Shown piece by piece: positions 40,579 through 53,224 of a DNA stretch of 64,000 nucleotides; within the stretch, counting starts at the first letter, position 1, and every line of letters begins with the position of its first letter. A program made the translations under genes and the position numbers. This stretch comes from an uncultured Actinomycetota bacterium (lineage in GTDB: Bacteria; Actinomycetota; Actinomycetes; JAHEKZ01), in NCBI GenBank assembly GCA_963829525.1, contig CAWHIJ010000003.1, positions 1,600,001 to 1,664,000 of the forward strand. Reading direction: 5' to 3'. The notes beneath the pieces are model-generated. The model was not told the origin of the DNA. It worked only from the letters and a program-made list of their open reading frames with translations, and made no database searches.

Positions 40579-43500
40579 TGCCCAGGCGTACCGACATCAG
40601 CTCGGTGCTGGTGATCGGTTCTGGCCCGATCGTCATCGGCCAGGCCGCCGAGTTCGACTACTCCGGAACCCAGGCATGCCGAGTACTGCGCGCCGACGGG
40701 CTGCGGGTGATCCTTGTCAACAGCAACCCGGCCACGATCATGACTGACCCGGAGTTCGCCGACGCCACGTACGTCGAACCAATCACTCCAGAGATCATCG
40801 AGAAGATCATCGCCAAAGAGCGCCCGGACGCGCTTCTTCCGACGTTGGGTGGCCAAACTGCACTGAACGCAGCGATCGCACTTCACCAGAGCGGTGTGTT
40901 GGAGAAGTATGACGTTGAGCTGATCGGCGCTGATGTTGATGCCATCCAACGTGGCGAGAACCGCGAGCTCTTCAAGGGCATCGTCGAGGAGATCGGTGGC
41001 GAAGTGGCCCGGTCGGCGATCTGCCACACGATGAATGAGTGTCTGACGGCCGCAAACGACCTTGGCTATCCCGTTGTCGTGCGGCCATCGTTCACCATGG
41101 GTGGGGCGGGTTCGGGAATGGCGTACAACGCTGACGATCTTCATCGGATCGCCGGCATGGGCCTCTCGGCCAGCCCCACCACGGAGGTGCTGCTCGAAGA
41201 GTCAATCATCGGGTGGAAGGAGTACGAACTCGAGCTGATGCGCGACAAGAACGACAACGTCGTGGTGATCTGCTCGATCGAGAACCTCGACCCGATGGGC
41301 GTTCACACCGGAGACTCGATCACGGTGGCACCGGCCATGACCCTCACCGACCGCGAGTACCAGCACATGCGCGATGTCGGGATCGCCATCATTCGAGCCG
41401 TCGGCGTCGACACCGGTGGCTGCAACATCCAGTTCGCCGTGGACCCGTCCGACGGGCGGCTCATCGTCATCGAGATGAACCCCCGGGTCTCGCGCTCGAG
41501 TGCTCTTGCCAGCAAGGCGACTGGCTTTCCCATCGCCAAGATCGCGGCCCGACTGGCGATCGGCTACACGCTCGATGAGGTGCCCAACGACATCACGGCG
41601 GAGACGCCCGCCTCGTTCGAGCCCGCCCTCGACTACGTTGTCGTCAAGGTTCCGCGCTTCGCCTTTGAAAAGTTCCCGGCGGCCGACCCCACCCTCACGA
41701 CGCACATGAAGAGCGTCGGTGAGGCCATGGCGATCGGCCGCAACATCCCCGAGGCGCTGCAAAAGGCTCTGCGCTCAATCGAGAAGTCAGATGCATCCTT
41801 CTGCTGGACAGACATCGAAGACGACGTAGAGACACTCGTCGAGCAGACCAGAACGCCGCATGACGGTCGCATCAAAAAGGTGCAGCAGGCGATGTGGCTG
41901 GGCGCAACCGCTGAGAGGTTGAACGAAGCCACGGGGATTGACCCCTGGTTCCTTGACCAGATCGCGATCATCAATGAGATCGCTGCACAGGTGCGTGACG
42001 CCGCGGACCTCGACCCCAGACTCATCCGTCAGGCAAAGCGGAACGGCTTCTCCGACCGACAGATTGCCGAGTTGCGAGGGATTTCTGAGGACGTCGCACG
42101 GCACCTGCGTCAGGCCCTGGGCATCAGACCCGTATACAAGACCGTCGATACCTGCGCCGGTGAGTTCGCTGCGTACACGCCGTACCACTACTCCTCATAC
42201 GACGAGGAGACAGAGGTACGCCCGCGTACCAAGCCGGCCGTCATTATCTTGGGCAGTGGGCCAAACCGAATCGGGCAGGGCATCGAGTTCGACTACTCGT
42301 GTGTTCATGCGGCGCTCGCACTTCGTGCCGTTGGCTACGAGACGGTCATGGTCAACTGCAACCCCGAGACGGTGTCGACCGATTACGACACCAGCGACCG
42401 CCTCTACTTCGAGCCCCTGACCCTCGAGGACGTTCTGGAGATCGTGGCCGCCGAGCAGCAGGTTGGTCCGGTCTCCGGGGTGATTGTCCAGCTCGGGGGC
42501 CAGACGCCGCTTGGTCTTGCCCAACCACTCAAGGACGCGGGAGTCCCGGTGGTGGGGACATCTCCCGAGGCGATCCATCTGGCCGAGGAGCGCGGTGCAT
42601 TCGGCGCCGTGCTCGCGGAGGCAGGCCTCCTGGCACCCCGGCACGGGATGGCCACCTCGTTTGCCGAGGCCAAGGAGATCGCCGACGAGATCGGGTTCCC
42701 CGTGCTCGTACGGCCCTCCTACGTCCTCGGCGGACGCGGAATGGAGATCGTCTACGACGACGACATGCTGCGCGACTACATCGGCCGGGCCACGCAGGTC
42801 AGCCCCGAGCACCCGGTCCTCGTCGACCGATTCCTCGACGACGCTGTGGAGATCGACGTCGATGCCCTGTACGACGGCACCGACCTGTTTCTCGCTGGCG
42901 TCATGGAGCACATTGAGGAAGCCGGAATTCACTCCGGCGACTCCGCCTGTGCGCTGCCGCCCATGACTCTGGGTCGGGCCGACATCGAGCGCATCAGGGT
43001 TGCGACTGAAGCCATCGCCAGAGGTGTCGGCGTCCGTGGGCTCTTGAATGTTCAGTTTGCGCAGGCTTCGGACGTTCTCTACGTGCTCGAGGCGAACCCA
43101 CGGGCATCGCGCACCGTGCCGTTCGTCTCCAAGGCAACGGCAACGCAGGTCGCCAAGGCTGCGGCTCGGGTGATGATGGGCAGCACCATCGCCGCGCTCC
43201 GCGAAGAGGGGCTGCTCCCGGAGACTGGTGATGGTGGCACCATGCCCATGGACTCGGCGATCGCGGTCAAGGAGGCTGTGCTGCCGTTTGGCCGGTTCCA
43301 CGGTGTCGACACTGTTCTCGGTCCTGAGATGAAGTCCACCGGCGAGGTGATGGGTATCGACACTCTCTTCGGGACCGCATACGCCAAGTCCCAGGTCGCC
43401 GCCTACGCCGGAGGACTACCTACCAGCGGGACCGCCTTCGTCTCGGTCGCCAACCGCGACAAGCGCTCGATGATCTTTCCGATCAAGCGGCTGCACGACT

Positions 43501-43865
43501 TGGGATTCGACATCGTCGCTACGGCCGGAACGGCTGAAGTGCTCCGCCGCAACGGCGTGCCCGCAACAGTGCTACGTAAGCACTTCGAAGCCGAAGGCGC
43601 AGAGTCCGAACCGGACACCATTGCGCGCATTCTCGACGGGACGATCGACATCATCATCAACACCCCGTATGGAGTCGGGGCCAGGCTCGACGGCTACGAG
43701 ATCCGATCAGCGGCCGTCACCAAAGGGGTTCCGTGCATCACCACGGTGCAGGGCCTCGGCGCAGCGGTGCAGGGCATCGAGGCGCTCATCCGCGGCGAGG
43801 TGGGGGTCCGATCATTGCAAGAGCATGCTGCTGATCTGGAAAAGGCCAGAGGTAGCGCGGTATGA
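40578..43865 (+). CDS. carB: Carbamoyl-phosphate synthase large chain
   Basis: [40 protein letters not shown]. Confidence 0.98.
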   Translation: MPRRTDISSVLVIGSGPIVIGQAAEFDYSGTQACRVLRADGLRVILVNSNPATIMTDPEFADATYVEPITPEIIEKIIAKERPDALLPTLGGQTALNAAIALHQSGVLEKYDVELIGADVDAIQRGENRELFKGIVEEIGGEVARSAICHTMNECLTAANDLGYPVVVRPSFTMGGAGSGMAYNADDLHRIAGMGLSASPTTEVLLEESIIGWKEYELELMRDKNDNVVVICSIENLDPMGVHTGDSITVAPAMTLTDREYQHMRDVGIAIIRAVGVDTGGCNIQFAVDPSDGRLIVIEMNPRVSRSSALASKATGFPIAKIAARLAIGYTLDEVPNDITAETPASFEPALDYVVVKVPRFAFEKFPAADPTLTTHMKSVGEAMAIGRNIPEALQKALRSIEKSDASFCWTDIEDDVETLVEQTRTPHDGRIKKVQQAMWLGATAERLNEATGIDPWFLDQIAIINEIAAQVRDAADLDPRLIRQAKRNGFSDRQIAELRGISEDVARHLRQALGIRPVYKTVDTCAGEFAAYTPYHYSSYDEETEVRPRTKPAVIILGSGPNRIGQGIEFDYSCVHAALALRAVGYETVMVNCNPETVSTDYDTSDRLYFEPLTLEDVLEIVAAEQQVGPVSGVIVQLGGQTPLGLAQPLKDAGVPVVGTSPEAIHLAEERGAFGAVLAEAGLLAPRHGMATSFAEAKEIADEIGFPVLVRPSYVLGGRGMEIVYDDDMLRDYIGRATQVSPEHPVLVDRFLDDAVEIDVDALYDGTDLFLAGVMEHIEEAGIHSGDSACALPPMTLGRADIERIRVATEAIARGVGVRGLLNVQFAQASDVLYVLEANPRASRTVPFVSKATATQVAKAAARVMMGSTIAALREEGLLPETGDGGTMPMDSAIAVKEAVLPFGRFHGVDTVLGPEMKSTGEVMGIDTLFGTAYAKSQVAAYAGGLPTSGTAFVSVANRDKRSMIFPIKRLHDLGFDIVATAGTAEVLRRNGVPATVLRKHFEAEGAESEPDTIARILDGTIDIIINTPYGVGARLDGYEIRSAAVTKGVPCITTVQGLGAAVQGIEALIRGEVGVRSLQEHAADLEKARGSAV

Positions 43866-44725
43866 CGCCGGTCCAGGTTCGCGGAGAGGTGCTCAGTACC
43901 CGTCGAGTAGGGGAGTACTACCAGCTCACCGTTGTAGCACCCGGCGTTGCCGAGCAGGTGCGTCCCGGCCACTTCATCGCGCTGACGGTCGGTGGGCAGA
44001 CCTCGGCGCACCTTTTGCGCAGGGCCTTCTCGGTCTACCGCACGCAGGACCGGGGGGTGTACGGCGGAACGATCGACATTGTCTTCGCCGAGCACGGAGC
44101 AGGGACTCGCTGGTTGTCTCAGGTGCGGCAGCACGACTCACTCGATGTGGTCGGCCCCCTCGGTAAGCCGTTCTCCCTTCCGAAAGAGCCGGTCACCTGC
44201 ACGATGGTTGGCGGTGGCTACGGAAGCGCTCCACTGTTCCGGCTCGCCGAGCAGCTGCGGGAACGAGGGTGTCGCGTCGACTTCGTCCTGGGCGCGGCAA
44301 CCGAAGGCCGGTTGTTCGGCGTTCTTGAGGCCAAGCGGATGTCCCAATCGGTCGCGGTGACAACCGAGGACGGCTCCCTTGGAGATCGCGGACGAGTGAC
44401 CGACGTTCTTCCTGCTCTTCTGAGCCGTACTGAATCCGACGTCGTCTATGCGTGCGGCCCGATGGGCATGCTCGCTGCGGTTGCCGACCTGGCTGCTCGC
44501 TTCGGTGCACACTCACAGTGTGCTGTTGAGGAGGCCATGGCATGCGGTATCGGTGTGTGCATGACCTGTGTGCTGCCCGTCGTCGGTGATGACGGTGTCA
44601 CCCGCATGGTGAGGTCGTGCGTCGATGGCCCGGTGTTCCGTGGTGACCGGGTGCGTTGGGACGACGTGGGGACAGTCCCTCCCGACACGTGGGGCGCGCC
44701 GGTCAGCGAAGGGGGGCATCGATGA
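43862..44725 (+). CDS. pyrK: Dihydroorotate dehydrogenase electron transfer subunit
   Basis: [28 protein letters not shown]...C..GPVF 2Fe-2S motif. Confidence 0.93.
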   Translation: MTPVQVRGEVLSTRRVGEYYQLTVVAPGVAEQVRPGHFIALTVGGQTSAHLLRRAFSVYRTQDRGVYGGTIDIVFAEHGAGTRWLSQVRQHDSLDVVGPLGKPFSLPKEPVTCTMVGGGYGSAPLFRLAEQLRERGCRVDFVLGAATEGRLFGVLEAKRMSQSVAVTTEDGSLGDRGRVTDVLPALLSRTESDVVYACGPMGMLAAVADLAARFGAHSQCAVEEAMACGIGVCMTCVLPVVGDDGVTRMVRSCVDGPVFRGDRVRWDDVGTVPPDTWGAPVSEGGHR

Positions 44726-45718
44726 CACGCCTGACCAGGGTCATCACCCCTGACAGCGCCGAAGCCCCACTTCCGGAGGTCGACATGTCGACCCGGCTGG
44801 CCGGAGCGGTGCTGCCGAACCCAGTGATGACGGCGTCTGGCTGCGCAGGATATGGCCGAGAACTCGATCAGTTCTTCGACATCACAAAGCTCGGCGCGGT
44901 AGTCACCAAGTCGATCATGCTGCAACCTCGCGCTGGGCGCCCGACGCCGCGCATGGCAGAGACGCCCAGTGGGATGCTCAACTCCATCGGACTCCAAGGG
45001 CCCGGTATCGAGCAGTTCGTCGAGCGTGACCTGCCTTGGCTCGAGCAGCGTGGTGCGCGCGTCGTCGTGTCGATCGCCGGTGGTGCAGCCGATGAGTACA
45101 TCCGGCTTGCGCAACGGCTGCGACACTCGACGGCCGTCACGGCGGTCGAGGTGAACATCTCTTGTCCCAACGTCGAAGATCGCGGACTCGTTTTCGCATG
45201 CGACCCGCGTGGCCAGCGCGACCGTCGTCGAAGGAGTCCGACGCAACAGTGCGCCTGGGGTCCCGGTGCTGGCGAAGCTGTCGCCAGATGTCACCGACAT
45301 CGTGTCGATTGCGCGTGCCTGCGTTGACGCCGGAGCTGACGGCCTGGCGATGATCAACACCTTGCTCGGAGTTGTGGTGGACACCGAGACGATGCGTCCC
45401 CACCTTGGGGGAGTGACCGGGGGTCTGTCCGGGCCGGCCATCAGACCAGTCGCTGTGCGCGCGGTGTGGCAGGTACACCAGGCCATGCCTGAGATCCCGA
45501 TCGTGGGAATGGGCGGCATCCGCACCGGTACTGACGCATTTGAGTTCATCTTGGCGGGGGCCTCGGCCGTCGAGGTGGGCACCTCAGTATTCAACGACCC
45601 GTCGGCTCCCATACGGGTCTCTCACCAGCTGCAGCGAGTACTGGGGGATCGGGGCTTTGAGTCAGTCACAGATGCAGTCGGATTTGCTCATCGCCCACCT
45701 GAGGGGCAGGGAGAGTGA
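44722..45718 (+). CDS. pyrD: Dihydroorotate dehydrogenase family 1B (frameshift near 45210)
   Basis: NPVMTASGC, GMLNSIGLQGPG, EVNISCPN, KLSPDV, GGLSGPAIRP. Confidence 0.95.
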
Positions 45719-46428
45719 GCGACTCCTTTCGATCGTCGATCGTTGGCTCTCCGATCGCTGTGGCGCTCGACGCGCCAGACGTGGCAACCGCGGCGAGGTG
45801 GGCAACAGAGGTCGCCCCACACGTCAGTACGCTGAAACTCGGTTTGGAGTTCTACCTGGCGGTCGGTGCTGACGGCGTAAGCCAGGTGCGGGCCGCTGCT
45901 CCTGGATGTCGACTCTTCCTCGATCTCAAGCTCCATGACATCCCGAACACCGTCACCGGAGCTTGTCGAGCAGTTGCCGGGCTTCGGCCGGACCTTCTCA
46001 CCGTGCACGCACTCGGGGGGCCGGCGATGGTAGGCGCTGCCGCCGAGGCGCTCCCAGATTGCCGCATCGCGGCTGTGACGCTCCTGACCTCTATGAGCCC
46101 GTCCGACCTCCGCGCCGTCGGGCTGGAAGGTACTCCACTGGACGGAGTGCTGCGGCTCGCCGAGATGGCAGTTGCCGCTGGGGCCAGGGCGTTGGTCTGT
46201 TCGCCTCAGGAGGTGGCTGCGGTGCGAGCCGCGGTTGGGGTCGACGTCGTCTTGATCACACCTGGCGTGCGGCCGGCCGGCACCGCGGTCGGAGATCAGC
46301 AACGGGTGGCAACCCCCGAGCGGGCGCTTGCCGACGGGGCCGACCTGCTCGTCGTGGGTCGACCAATCACCGGTGCTCCTGACCGCGCTGCCGCAGCTGC
46401 CCATCTGCTCACTGACCGGGTTGGCTGA
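45715..46428 (+). CDS. pyrF: Orotidine-5'-phosphate decarboxylase
   Basis: VALD, FLDLKLHDIPNTV, TPGVRP, DQ.RV.TP, VVGRPIT. Confidence 0.97.
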   Translation: MSDSFRSSIVGSPIAVALDAPDVATAARWATEVAPHVSTLKLGLEFYLAVGADGVSQVRAAAPGCRLFLDLKLHDIPNTVTGACRAVAGLRPDLLTVHALGGPAMVGAAAEALPDCRIAAVTLLTSMSPSDLRAVGLEGTPLDGVLRLAEMAVAAGARALVCSPQEVAAVRAAVGVDVVLITPGVRPAGTAVGDQQRVATPERALADGADLLVVGRPITGAPDRAAAAAHLLTDRVG

Positions 46429-46461
46429 TCCGGGTTGGCTGACCGGGTTGGCTCACCGGTT
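46412..46461. repeat. 13-bp tandem repeat CTGACCGGGTTGG x3.5 across the pyrF stop
   Basis: Read directly; second unit has one extra T. Confidence 0.85.
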
Positions 46462-46619
46462 TCTCGAGCGGATTGTTGGTGCCTTCAGCAGTGCATGTGG
46501 GGGAGCGACGTTGCCGGGGCGGGCCTGGACTCGCTAGGTTCAGGGCGTCCCGTTGACCGACCTCGACCAATGGCTCCACCGGCTGGCCCGGTCGAGCAGC
46601 TCCCGACCGAAGGTGCGCC

Positions 46620-46976
46620 GTGGCTCTTCCTCCGTTGACTCCCGAACAGCGCGCCGCGGCATTGCAGAAAGCTGCAGAGGCCCGTCGAGTGCGAGCCGAG
46701 GTCAAGAACCGCCTCAAGCACTCCGGCGCCTCTCTCTTCGATGTTGTCGAACAAGGCCGCACCGACGACATCATCGGCAAGATGAAGGTGTCGGCCCTGC
46801 TCGAGTCGCTCCCCGGCGTCGGCAAGGTCAGGGCGCGTCAGCTGATGGAGAAGATCGGAATTTCTGAAAGTCGGCGGGTCAGGGGCCTTGGCGCCAACCA
46901 GATTGCCGCCCTGCACCGCGAGTTCGCTCCAGCCACGGTGCGTGCACAAGAGCTCGGAGCGAGCCCCCAGAAGTGA
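46620..46976 (+). CDS. mihF: Actinobacterial integration host factor
   Basis: [48 protein letters not shown]. Confidence 0.96.
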   Translation: MALPPLTPEQRAAALQKAAEARRVRAEVKNRLKHSGASLFDVVEQGRTDDIIGKMKVSALLESLPGVGKVRARQLMEKIGISESRRVRGLGANQIAALHREFAPATVRAQELGASPQK

Positions 46977-47584
46977 CAACCGCGCAACACCCCACCGCGG
47001 ATCAGCGGTGTCGACTGACCGTGCTGTCCGGCCCGTCCGGAGTCGGGAAGAGCACCGTCGTGGCGCGACTGCGAGCGTTGCACCCTGAGATCTGGCAGTC
47101 GGTCTCGCTGACGACCCGTGGCCCCAGACCCGGAGAGGTGGGCGGGCTGCACTACCTGTTCTGTGACGACCAGGCCTTTGACGCTGCTGTTGCCGCTGGC
47201 GAGTTGCTGGAATGGGCCGAGTTCGCCGGCCACCGGTACGGTACGCCCCGGGTCCCGGTGCTGGAGCGCCTGGAGCGTGGTCAGCCGGTTCTCCTGGAAA
47301 TCGAGCTCGAGGGCGCCCGGCAGGTGCGGGCGGCCATGCCCGAGGCGCTCCTGGTGTTCCTGGCGCCGCCCTCGTGGGAGATCTTGGCCAAGCGACTCGC
47401 AGGACGGGGCACCGAGGACGAGGTGGTTATTGCAAGAAGGTTGGCCAGAGCCAGGGTCGAGCTGGCAGCGGCCCACGAGTTCGACGTGACCGTCGTCAAC
47501 GACGATGTTCACCGAGTTTGCGAACGCTTGGTAGCATTGATGGAGTCCGATGAGGACTTAGTACCCCCATCCTCTGATCTGTAG
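46973..47584 (+). CDS. gmk: Guanylate kinase
   Basis: [27 protein letters not shown]. Confidence 0.97.
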   Translation: MTTAQHPTADQRCRLTVLSGPSGVGKSTVVARLRALHPEIWQSVSLTTRGPRPGEVGGLHYLFCDDQAFDAAVAAGELLEWAEFAGHRYGTPRVPVLERLERGQPVLLEIELEGARQVRAAMPEALLVFLAPPSWEILAKRLAGRGTEDEVVIARRLARARVELAAAHEFDVTVVNDDVHRVCERLVALMESDEDLVPPSSDL

Positions 47585-47592
47585 GAGTTCGT

Positions 47593-47919
47593 GTGTCCGG
47601 AGTCATCGGTGTTCCTGAGGGAATCACCAACCCCCCGATCGACGAACTGCTCAGCAAGGTTGACTCCAAGTACGCCTTGGTCCTGTACTCGGCCAAGCGG
47701 GCTCGACAGATCAACGCGTATTACTCCCAGCTCGGCGAAGGGCTGCTCGAGTACGTTGGCCCGCTCGTGGACACGCACGTCCAGGAGAAGCCGCTGTCGA
47801 TCGCCATGCGTGAGATCAACGCTGACCTGCTGACGTACGAGCGCATCGAGGGGGATGTCGAGCCGGCCCTCGGCGTCAGCGACACAGCTCCCGTGGTGGC
47901 CGAACCCACCGACAACTGA
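47593..47919 (+). CDS. rpoZ: RNA polymerase omega subunit
   Basis: [17 protein letters not shown]...[20 protein letters not shown]. Confidence 0.97.
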   Translation: MSGVIGVPEGITNPPIDELLSKVDSKYALVLYSAKRARQINAYYSQLGEGLLEYVGPLVDTHVQEKPLSIAMREINADLLTYERIEGDVEPALGVSDTAPVVAEPTDN

Positions 47920-47942
47920 CCTCGAGTCGTCCGCGCCCGGCC

Positions 47943-49184
47943 ATGTCCCGCATCGTGCTTGGCGTGGCTGGAGGAATTGCCGCCTACAAAAGCTGCGACC
48001 TCCTGCGCCGACTGACCGAGACCGGATACAGCGTTCGTGTCGTGCCGACGGCAGCCGCCCTGCAGTTCGTCGGTGCACCCACGTGGGCCGCGCTCTCAGG
48101 CGAACCGGTCACCGCAGATCCGATGGCTGACGTCCACGTGGTCCCGCACGTGCAGATCGGGCAGCAGGCGGACCTGATCGTTGTGGCTCCGGCCACGGCA
48201 AACATCCTCGCGAAGGCCGCGGTGGGTCTGGCTGACGATCTGCTGACGAACGTCTTGCTGACTGCTCGCTGCCCGGTCGTCATGGTTCCGGCGATGCACA
48301 CCGAGATGTGGGAGCACCCAGCGACGGTCGCGAACGTTGCCACACTCCGTGACCGAGGTGTGCTGGTTGTCGAACCTGCCGTTGGCCGGCTCACCGGGGC
48401 TGACTCCGGCAGGGGGCGAATGCCCGAGGCGGCGCAGATCCTCGAAGTCATCGAGCAGGTGGCTTTTGGACGGTCCGCCGATGCGTTCGACCTGCGAGGG
48501 CGCCACGTCGTTGTCTCGGCAGGAGGTACACGTGAACCCCTCGATCCGGTGCGATTTCTAGGAAATCGGAGCAGCGGACGGCAGGGCTACGCACTGGCGT
48601 CAGCCGCGGCCGCGCGCGGGGCGGCGGTCGACTTGGTGGCGGCCAACGTCGAACTGCCCGATCCGGCCGGTGTGACGGTCACCCCGGTCTCGACAGCGGC
48701 TGAGCTGAAGGATGCCGTGCTCTCTCGCGCGGCGACGGCAGACGCCGTGGTGATGGCTGCAGCCGTCGCGGATTTCCGCCCGAGCACTACCGCTGACCAC
48801 AAGCTGAAGAAGGGCGATGGTGCCCCGACAGTTGTCCTGGAGCCGACCGATGATGTGCTCGCAGCCCTGGTAGCCGGCAAACCTGACCATCAGCTGGTCG
48901 TGGGGTTCGCCGCCGAGACCGGTGACGGCCAGACCAGCTGGCGAGAGCACGGTCGAAACAAATTGGCGGATAAGGGGTGTGACCTACTGGTCGTCAACGA
49001 AGTGGGGGAGGGACTGGCCTTCGGCACCGATGACAACGCCGCAGTCGTACTCACTGCTGACGGCTCTGAGACAGAAGTCCCGCTCGGGCCCAAGCAAGCG
49101 CTGGCGCACGTGGTGTGGGACCTGGTTCGCGCCAGATGGGCGTCTCCGGCACACCCTGACCTCGGCGCCGCTTCGCATCACTAG
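47943..49184 (+). CDS. coaBC: Bifunctional PPC decarboxylase / PPC synthetase
   Basis: GGIAAYK, PAMHTEMW, GGTREPLDPVRF.GNRSSG, GFAAET. Confidence 0.97.
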   Translation: MSRIVLGVAGGIAAYKSCDLLRRLTETGYSVRVVPTAAALQFVGAPTWAALSGEPVTADPMADVHVVPHVQIGQQADLIVVAPATANILAKAAVGLADDLLTNVLLTARCPVVMVPAMHTEMWEHPATVANVATLRDRGVLVVEPAVGRLTGADSGRGRMPEAAQILEVIEQVAFGRSADAFDLRGRHVVVSAGGTREPLDPVRFLGNRSSGRQGYALASAAAARGAAVDLVAANVELPDPAGVTVTPVSTAAELKDAVLSRAATADAVVMAAAVADFRPSTTADHKLKKGDGAPTVVLEPTDDVLAALVAGKPDHQLVVGFAAETGDGQTSWREHGRNKLADKGCDLLVVNEVGEGLAFGTDDNAAVVLTADGSETEVPLGPKQALAHVVWDLVRARWASPAHPDLGAASHH

Positions 49185-49229
49185 ACTTTCCGCGACCGCG
49201 CCGCCGACCCCTTCAAGGAGCGCACCCCC

Positions 49230-50423
49230 GTGACAGGTCGACTCTTTACCTCCGAGTCCGTGACCGAGGGTCACCCCGACAAGATTGCCGACCAGATCAG
49301 CGACACGATCCTGGATGCGCTGCTCAAGGACGACCCGCACAGCCGGGTGGCGGTCGAGACACTCGTGACCACCGGCCTGGTGCACGTGGCCGGTGAGGTC
49401 ACCACGTCGGCGTACGCCGACATCCCGGGCCTTGTTCGAGAGAAGGTTCTGTCGATCGGGTACGACTCGAGCAAGAAGGGCTTCGATGGCGGCTCTTGCG
49501 GCGTCTCGGTCTCGATCGGTGCCCAGTCGCCGGACATCGCGCAGGGGGTCGACGATGCTTACGAGGAGCGGCACGACCACTCAGCCGATCCGCTCGACCG
49601 GCAGGGCGCCGGCGACCAGGGGCTGATGTTCGGCTATGCGTGTGAAGACACCCCTGAGCTCATGCCCCTGCCGATCACGATCGCACACCGGCTGGCTGAA
49701 CGCCTCGCCGAGGTGCGTCGCGACGGGCAGATCCCGTATCTGCGACCAGATGGCAAGACACAGGTCACCATCGAGTACGACGGTGACCGACCGGTGCGCG
49801 TCGACACCGTTGTCGTCTCCTCGCAGCACGCCAGCGACATAGACCTCGCCACCCTGCTGCAGCCAGACATCGAGGAGCTGGTGATCGCCCCGGTTCTCGA
49901 CTCGTTCGCAATCGACACCAGTGACTACCGCGTGCTGGTGAACCCGACAGGTCGCTTCGAGGTGGGTGGCCCCATGGGGGACGCCGGTCTTACTGGACGC
50001 AAGATCATCATCGACACGTACGGCGGCATGGCTCGGCACGGAGGTGGTGCATTCTCCGGCAAGGACCCAAGCAAGGTCGATCGGTCTGCTGCCTACGCCA
50101 TGCGCTGGGTTGCCAAGAACGTCGTCGCTGCCGGCCTGGCGAGTCGATGTGAGGTCCAGGTGGCGTACGCCATCGGTAAGGCACACCCTGTTGGTCTGTT
50201 CGTGGAGACGTTCGGCACCGGAACTGTCTCCGACGAGGTCATCCAGAAGGCGGTCATGGACGTCTTCGACCTGCGGCCGGCCGCGATCATCGACGACCTC
50301 GATCTCCTGCGTCCCATCTACGCTCAGACGGCTGCCTACGGGCACTTCGGCCGCGACCTGCCTGACTTCACCTGGGAGCGCACCGGCCGCGCCGATGCGC
50401 TGGCTGCCGCCGCCGGCAGCTGA
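49230..50423 (+). CDS. metK: S-adenosylmethionine synthase
   Basis: [35 protein letters not shown]. Confidence 0.98.
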   Translation: MTGRLFTSESVTEGHPDKIADQISDTILDALLKDDPHSRVAVETLVTTGLVHVAGEVTTSAYADIPGLVREKVLSIGYDSSKKGFDGGSCGVSVSIGAQSPDIAQGVDDAYEERHDHSADPLDRQGAGDQGLMFGYACEDTPELMPLPITIAHRLAERLAEVRRDGQIPYLRPDGKTQVTIEYDGDRPVRVDTVVVSSQHASDIDLATLLQPDIEELVIAPVLDSFAIDTSDYRVLVNPTGRFEVGGPMGDAGLTGRKIIIDTYGGMARHGGGAFSGKDPSKVDRSAAYAMRWVAKNVVAAGLASRCEVQVAYAIGKAHPVGLFVETFGTGTVSDEVIQKAVMDVFDLRPAAIIDDLDLLRPIYAQTAAYGHFGRDLPDFTWERTGRADALAAAAGS

Positions 50424-50431
50424 CAGCGATG

Positions 50432-50460
50432 TCCCCTTCTTGGGGATTTCGGTCTTTGGT
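50432..50460 (+). terminator. Possible weak intrinsic terminator after metK
   Basis: TCCCC-TTCTT-GGGGA hairpin followed by TTTCGGTCTTT. Confidence 0.35.
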
Positions 50461-50486
50461 CGGTTGGGTCGGGTAGAACTGCCCAC

Positions 50487-52574
50487 GTGCCTTCCGACGA
50501 GCGCCAGCTGAGCCTGGCCGACCTGCCGCCAGCCAAGGCTCGCCGGCGTGCGGCCAAGGCGAAGAAGGCCGGCCCACGAAGCTCAGGCGAGCTGGCTTCG
50601 GAGCTACCCGTGGCTCGTATCGCAGTCGACATCTCCCTGCCACACCTCGACCGGCCCTTCGACTATGCCGTCACCGAAAAACAGAGCGACGTGGCTCTTC
50701 CCGGTGTGCGCGTCCGGGTTCGCTTCGCCGGGCAGCTGGTCGACGGCTACATACTCGACAGGGTGGCCAGCAGTGAACATCCTGGCCGGCTTGCGCGACT
50801 CGGCTCTGTGGTCTCGGCCGAGCAGGTCCTGACGCCCGAGCTCGCATTGCTGGTCCGAACAGTGGCTGACCGCTACGCGGGCACGATGGCTGACGTCCTT
50901 CGCCTGGCCATCCCACCCCGGCACGCCGCCGCCGAGCGAGAGGGGAGCGAGCGCTCAAAACTTGCGTCGGACCTGGCGGACCCGGCAGTCCCGGAGGACC
51001 GGGAGGACCGGGCCGCGGGCTCAAGTCGCTGGTCGGACTATCGCAACGGACCGGGGATGCTCGCGGCCCTCAGGGACGGACGGTCACCACGTGCTGCCTG
51101 GTGTGCGTTGCCTGGCGTTGTGGAAAGTCGCCCAGCATGGACCACAACGGTTGCCGAGGCCATGCGTGCCGTTCGTCACTCGGGCCGAGGCGGAATCGTC
51201 GTCGTGCCAGACCATCGCGATGTCGACAACGTCGCCGAAGCCCTTGCCGAGTCAGGGGTCGACGCGCTTGCGCTGACGGCTGACCTTGGACCACGAGAGC
51301 GGTACCGAAGATGGCTGGCCGTGCTGCGCGGGGAAGCTCACGTCGTCGTCGGTACCCGGGCAGCGATCTATGCACCCGTTCGCGACCTCGGCCTGATCGT
51401 CATCTGGGACGATGGGGACGACCTCCACGCTGAGCCTCGTGCGCCCTATCCGCATGTGCGCGACGTGGCAACGCTGCGGGCACACCAGGGTGGCGCGGCC
51501 CTGATCCTGGGTGGGTACGCGCGGACCGCAGAGTCCGCTGCTCTCATCTCGCGCGGATTCCTCCAGACGGTCACCGCTGACCGGGGGGTTGTCCGCAGCG
51601 CTGCGCCACGCATTCGGGCGAGCAGCGATGCCGTGTCGTACGGTGACCCGTTGGCCACCGCGGCTCGGCTGCCCACGACTGCTTGGCGGACGGCCAGGGA
51701 TGCGCTGGCTCATGGGCCGGTGCTGGTCCAGGTTCCTCGCCGCGGGTATGTTCCGCGCCTTGGGTGTGAACGCTGCCGCGAGCCGGCGCGGTGCCCGTCG
51801 TGCCAGGGTCCGCTGGGCCTTCGCGACGGGCAGGTCGCACCGATCTGTGGGTGGTGCGCAAGCGTCGTCCCGGCTTGGCGGTGCTCGGCTTGTGGCCATG
51901 AGCGGGTTCGCGCGATGGTCGTGGGGGCCGGACGCACCGCAGAGGAGCTCGGCCGGGCCTTTCCGGGTGTCCCGGTGCTCACCTCGGGTGGGCGCACCGT
52001 GCGTCGTGCGGTGTCCGGTACCCCAGCGGTTGTCGTCGCGACGCCTGGCGCAGAGCCCATCGCGAGCGGAGGTTACGCCGCGGCGCTGCTCCTCGACGCC
52101 TGGGCTCTGCTGGGCCGTGCCGACTTGCGGGCAGCCGAAGAAGCGTTACGCCGGTGGATGGCTGCGGCAGCCCTCGTGCGGGGTTCAACTGACGGTGGCC
52201 GGGTTGTCCTCGTGGGCGACGCGGCAATCCGGTCGGTGCAGGCGCTCGTTCGCTGGGACCCCGTTGGGTTCGCTGAGGCTGAGCTCGCTGACCGAGAAGC
52301 GGTCGGGCTTCCACCGGCACGGCGCATCGCGGTGCTGCGTGGACCGGCCGCAGACCTCCGGGACCTGCTGGCCCGATGCGACCTTCCGGCGACGACCGAG
52401 CAGCTCGGTCCGGCGGCGGTCTCCGGCGGCGACGACCAGCAAGTGGTTCTGCGGTCCGATGTCGCGACCGGCGCCGAGCTGGCGGCGGCGCTGTCGGCCG
52501 CGCAAGGTGAGCGGAGCGTTCGAAAAGACATCGGACGAGTCAGCGTTCAGATCGATCCGGTGGGATTCGGCTAG
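50487..52574 (+). CDS. priA: Primosomal protein N'
   Basis: HLDRPFDY, VVGTRAA, EPRAPYPH, four CxxC pairs, RTAEELGRAFP. Confidence 0.95.
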   Translation: MPSDERQLSLADLPPAKARRRAAKAKKAGPRSSGELASELPVARIAVDISLPHLDRPFDYAVTEKQSDVALPGVRVRVRFAGQLVDGYILDRVASSEHPGRLARLGSVVSAEQVLTPELALLVRTVADRYAGTMADVLRLAIPPRHAAAEREGSERSKLASDLADPAVPEDREDRAAGSSRWSDYRNGPGMLAALRDGRSPRAAWCALPGVVESRPAWTTTVAEAMRAVRHSGRGGIVVVPDHRDVDNVAEALAESGVDALALTADLGPRERYRRWLAVLRGEAHVVVGTRAAIYAPVRDLGLIVIWDDGDDLHAEPRAPYPHVRDVATLRAHQGGAALILGGYARTAESAALISRGFLQTVTADRGVVRSAAPRIRASSDAVSYGDPLATAARLPTTAWRTARDALAHGPVLVQVPRRGYVPRLGCERCREPARCPSCQGPLGLRDGQVAPICGWCASVVPAWRCSACGHERVRAMVVGAGRTAEELGRAFPGVPVLTSGGRTVRRAVSGTPAVVVATPGAEPIASGGYAAALLLDAWALLGRADLRAAEEALRRWMAAAALVRGSTDGGRVVLVGDAAIRSVQALVRWDPVGFAEAELADREAVGLPPARRIAVLRGPAADLRDLLARCDLPATTEQLGPAAVSGGDDQQVVLRSDVATGAELAAALSAAQGERSVRKDIGRVSVQIDPVGFG

Positions 52575-52664
52575 TCCAAACCGGCGCGTGGGTCTGTGGG
52601 TGAGGCGGCGCGGCCCGGGCGCCTAGACTAGATGCTTGCCACCTCACGTCCGGGAGCTCTCCAC

Positions 52665-53210
52665 ATGTCAGTCCAAGAGATCCGCCTCTTCGGCGATCCG
52701 GTGCTCCGCATGCCGGCGCAACCGGTCGTCGATTTCGACAAAGAGCTCAGGAACCTCGTCAAAGATCTCACCGAGACGATGTTGGACGCGCCGGGGGCCG
52801 GCCTTGCCGCTCCCCAGCTCGGCGTCCTGTTGCGGGTCTTCACCTACGACATCGACGAGGAGGTGGGCCACTTGATCAACCCGGTGCTTGACCTGTCCGA
52901 GGACGAGCAGCTCGGCGAGGAAGGGTGTCTATCTCTCCCGGGGCTGACCTTCGACTGTCGCCGGGCTTTTGGCGTTGTGGCCAAGGGTTTCAACATGCAC
53001 GGCGACCCGGTGGTCATCGAGGGCACTGAGCTGCTCGCCCGCTGTATCCAGCATGAGACCGACCACCTCGACGGTGTGCTCTTCATCGACCGGCTCGACC
53101 CGGAGCAGCGGAAGGCAGCCATGAAGGCGATCCGGGAGGCCGAATGGACGGGCGAACACGCCCCGACCATCAAGGCCAGTCCGCACGCCACGCGCGGCCT
53201 GGCCTTCTAA
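52665..53210 (+). CDS. def: Peptide deformylase
   Basis: [22 protein letters not shown]. Confidence 0.97.
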   Translation: MSVQEIRLFGDPVLRMPAQPVVDFDKELRNLVKDLTETMLDAPGAGLAAPQLGVLLRVFTYDIDEEVGHLINPVLDLSEDEQLGEEGCLSLPGLTFDCRRAFGVVAKGFNMHGDPVVIEGTELLARCIQHETDHLDGVLFIDRLDPEQRKAAMKAIREAEWTGEHAPTIKASPHATRGLAF

Positions 53211-53224
53211 GGAGTTCGGCCCCC

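Noticed and set aside
49185-49229. SAM riboswitch before metK
   Set aside because: Only 45 nt of intergenic sequence, no aptamer motifs
19350-52574. Apparent priA duplication
   Set aside because: Name collision only: phosphoribosyl isomerase PriA and primosomal PriA are unrelated
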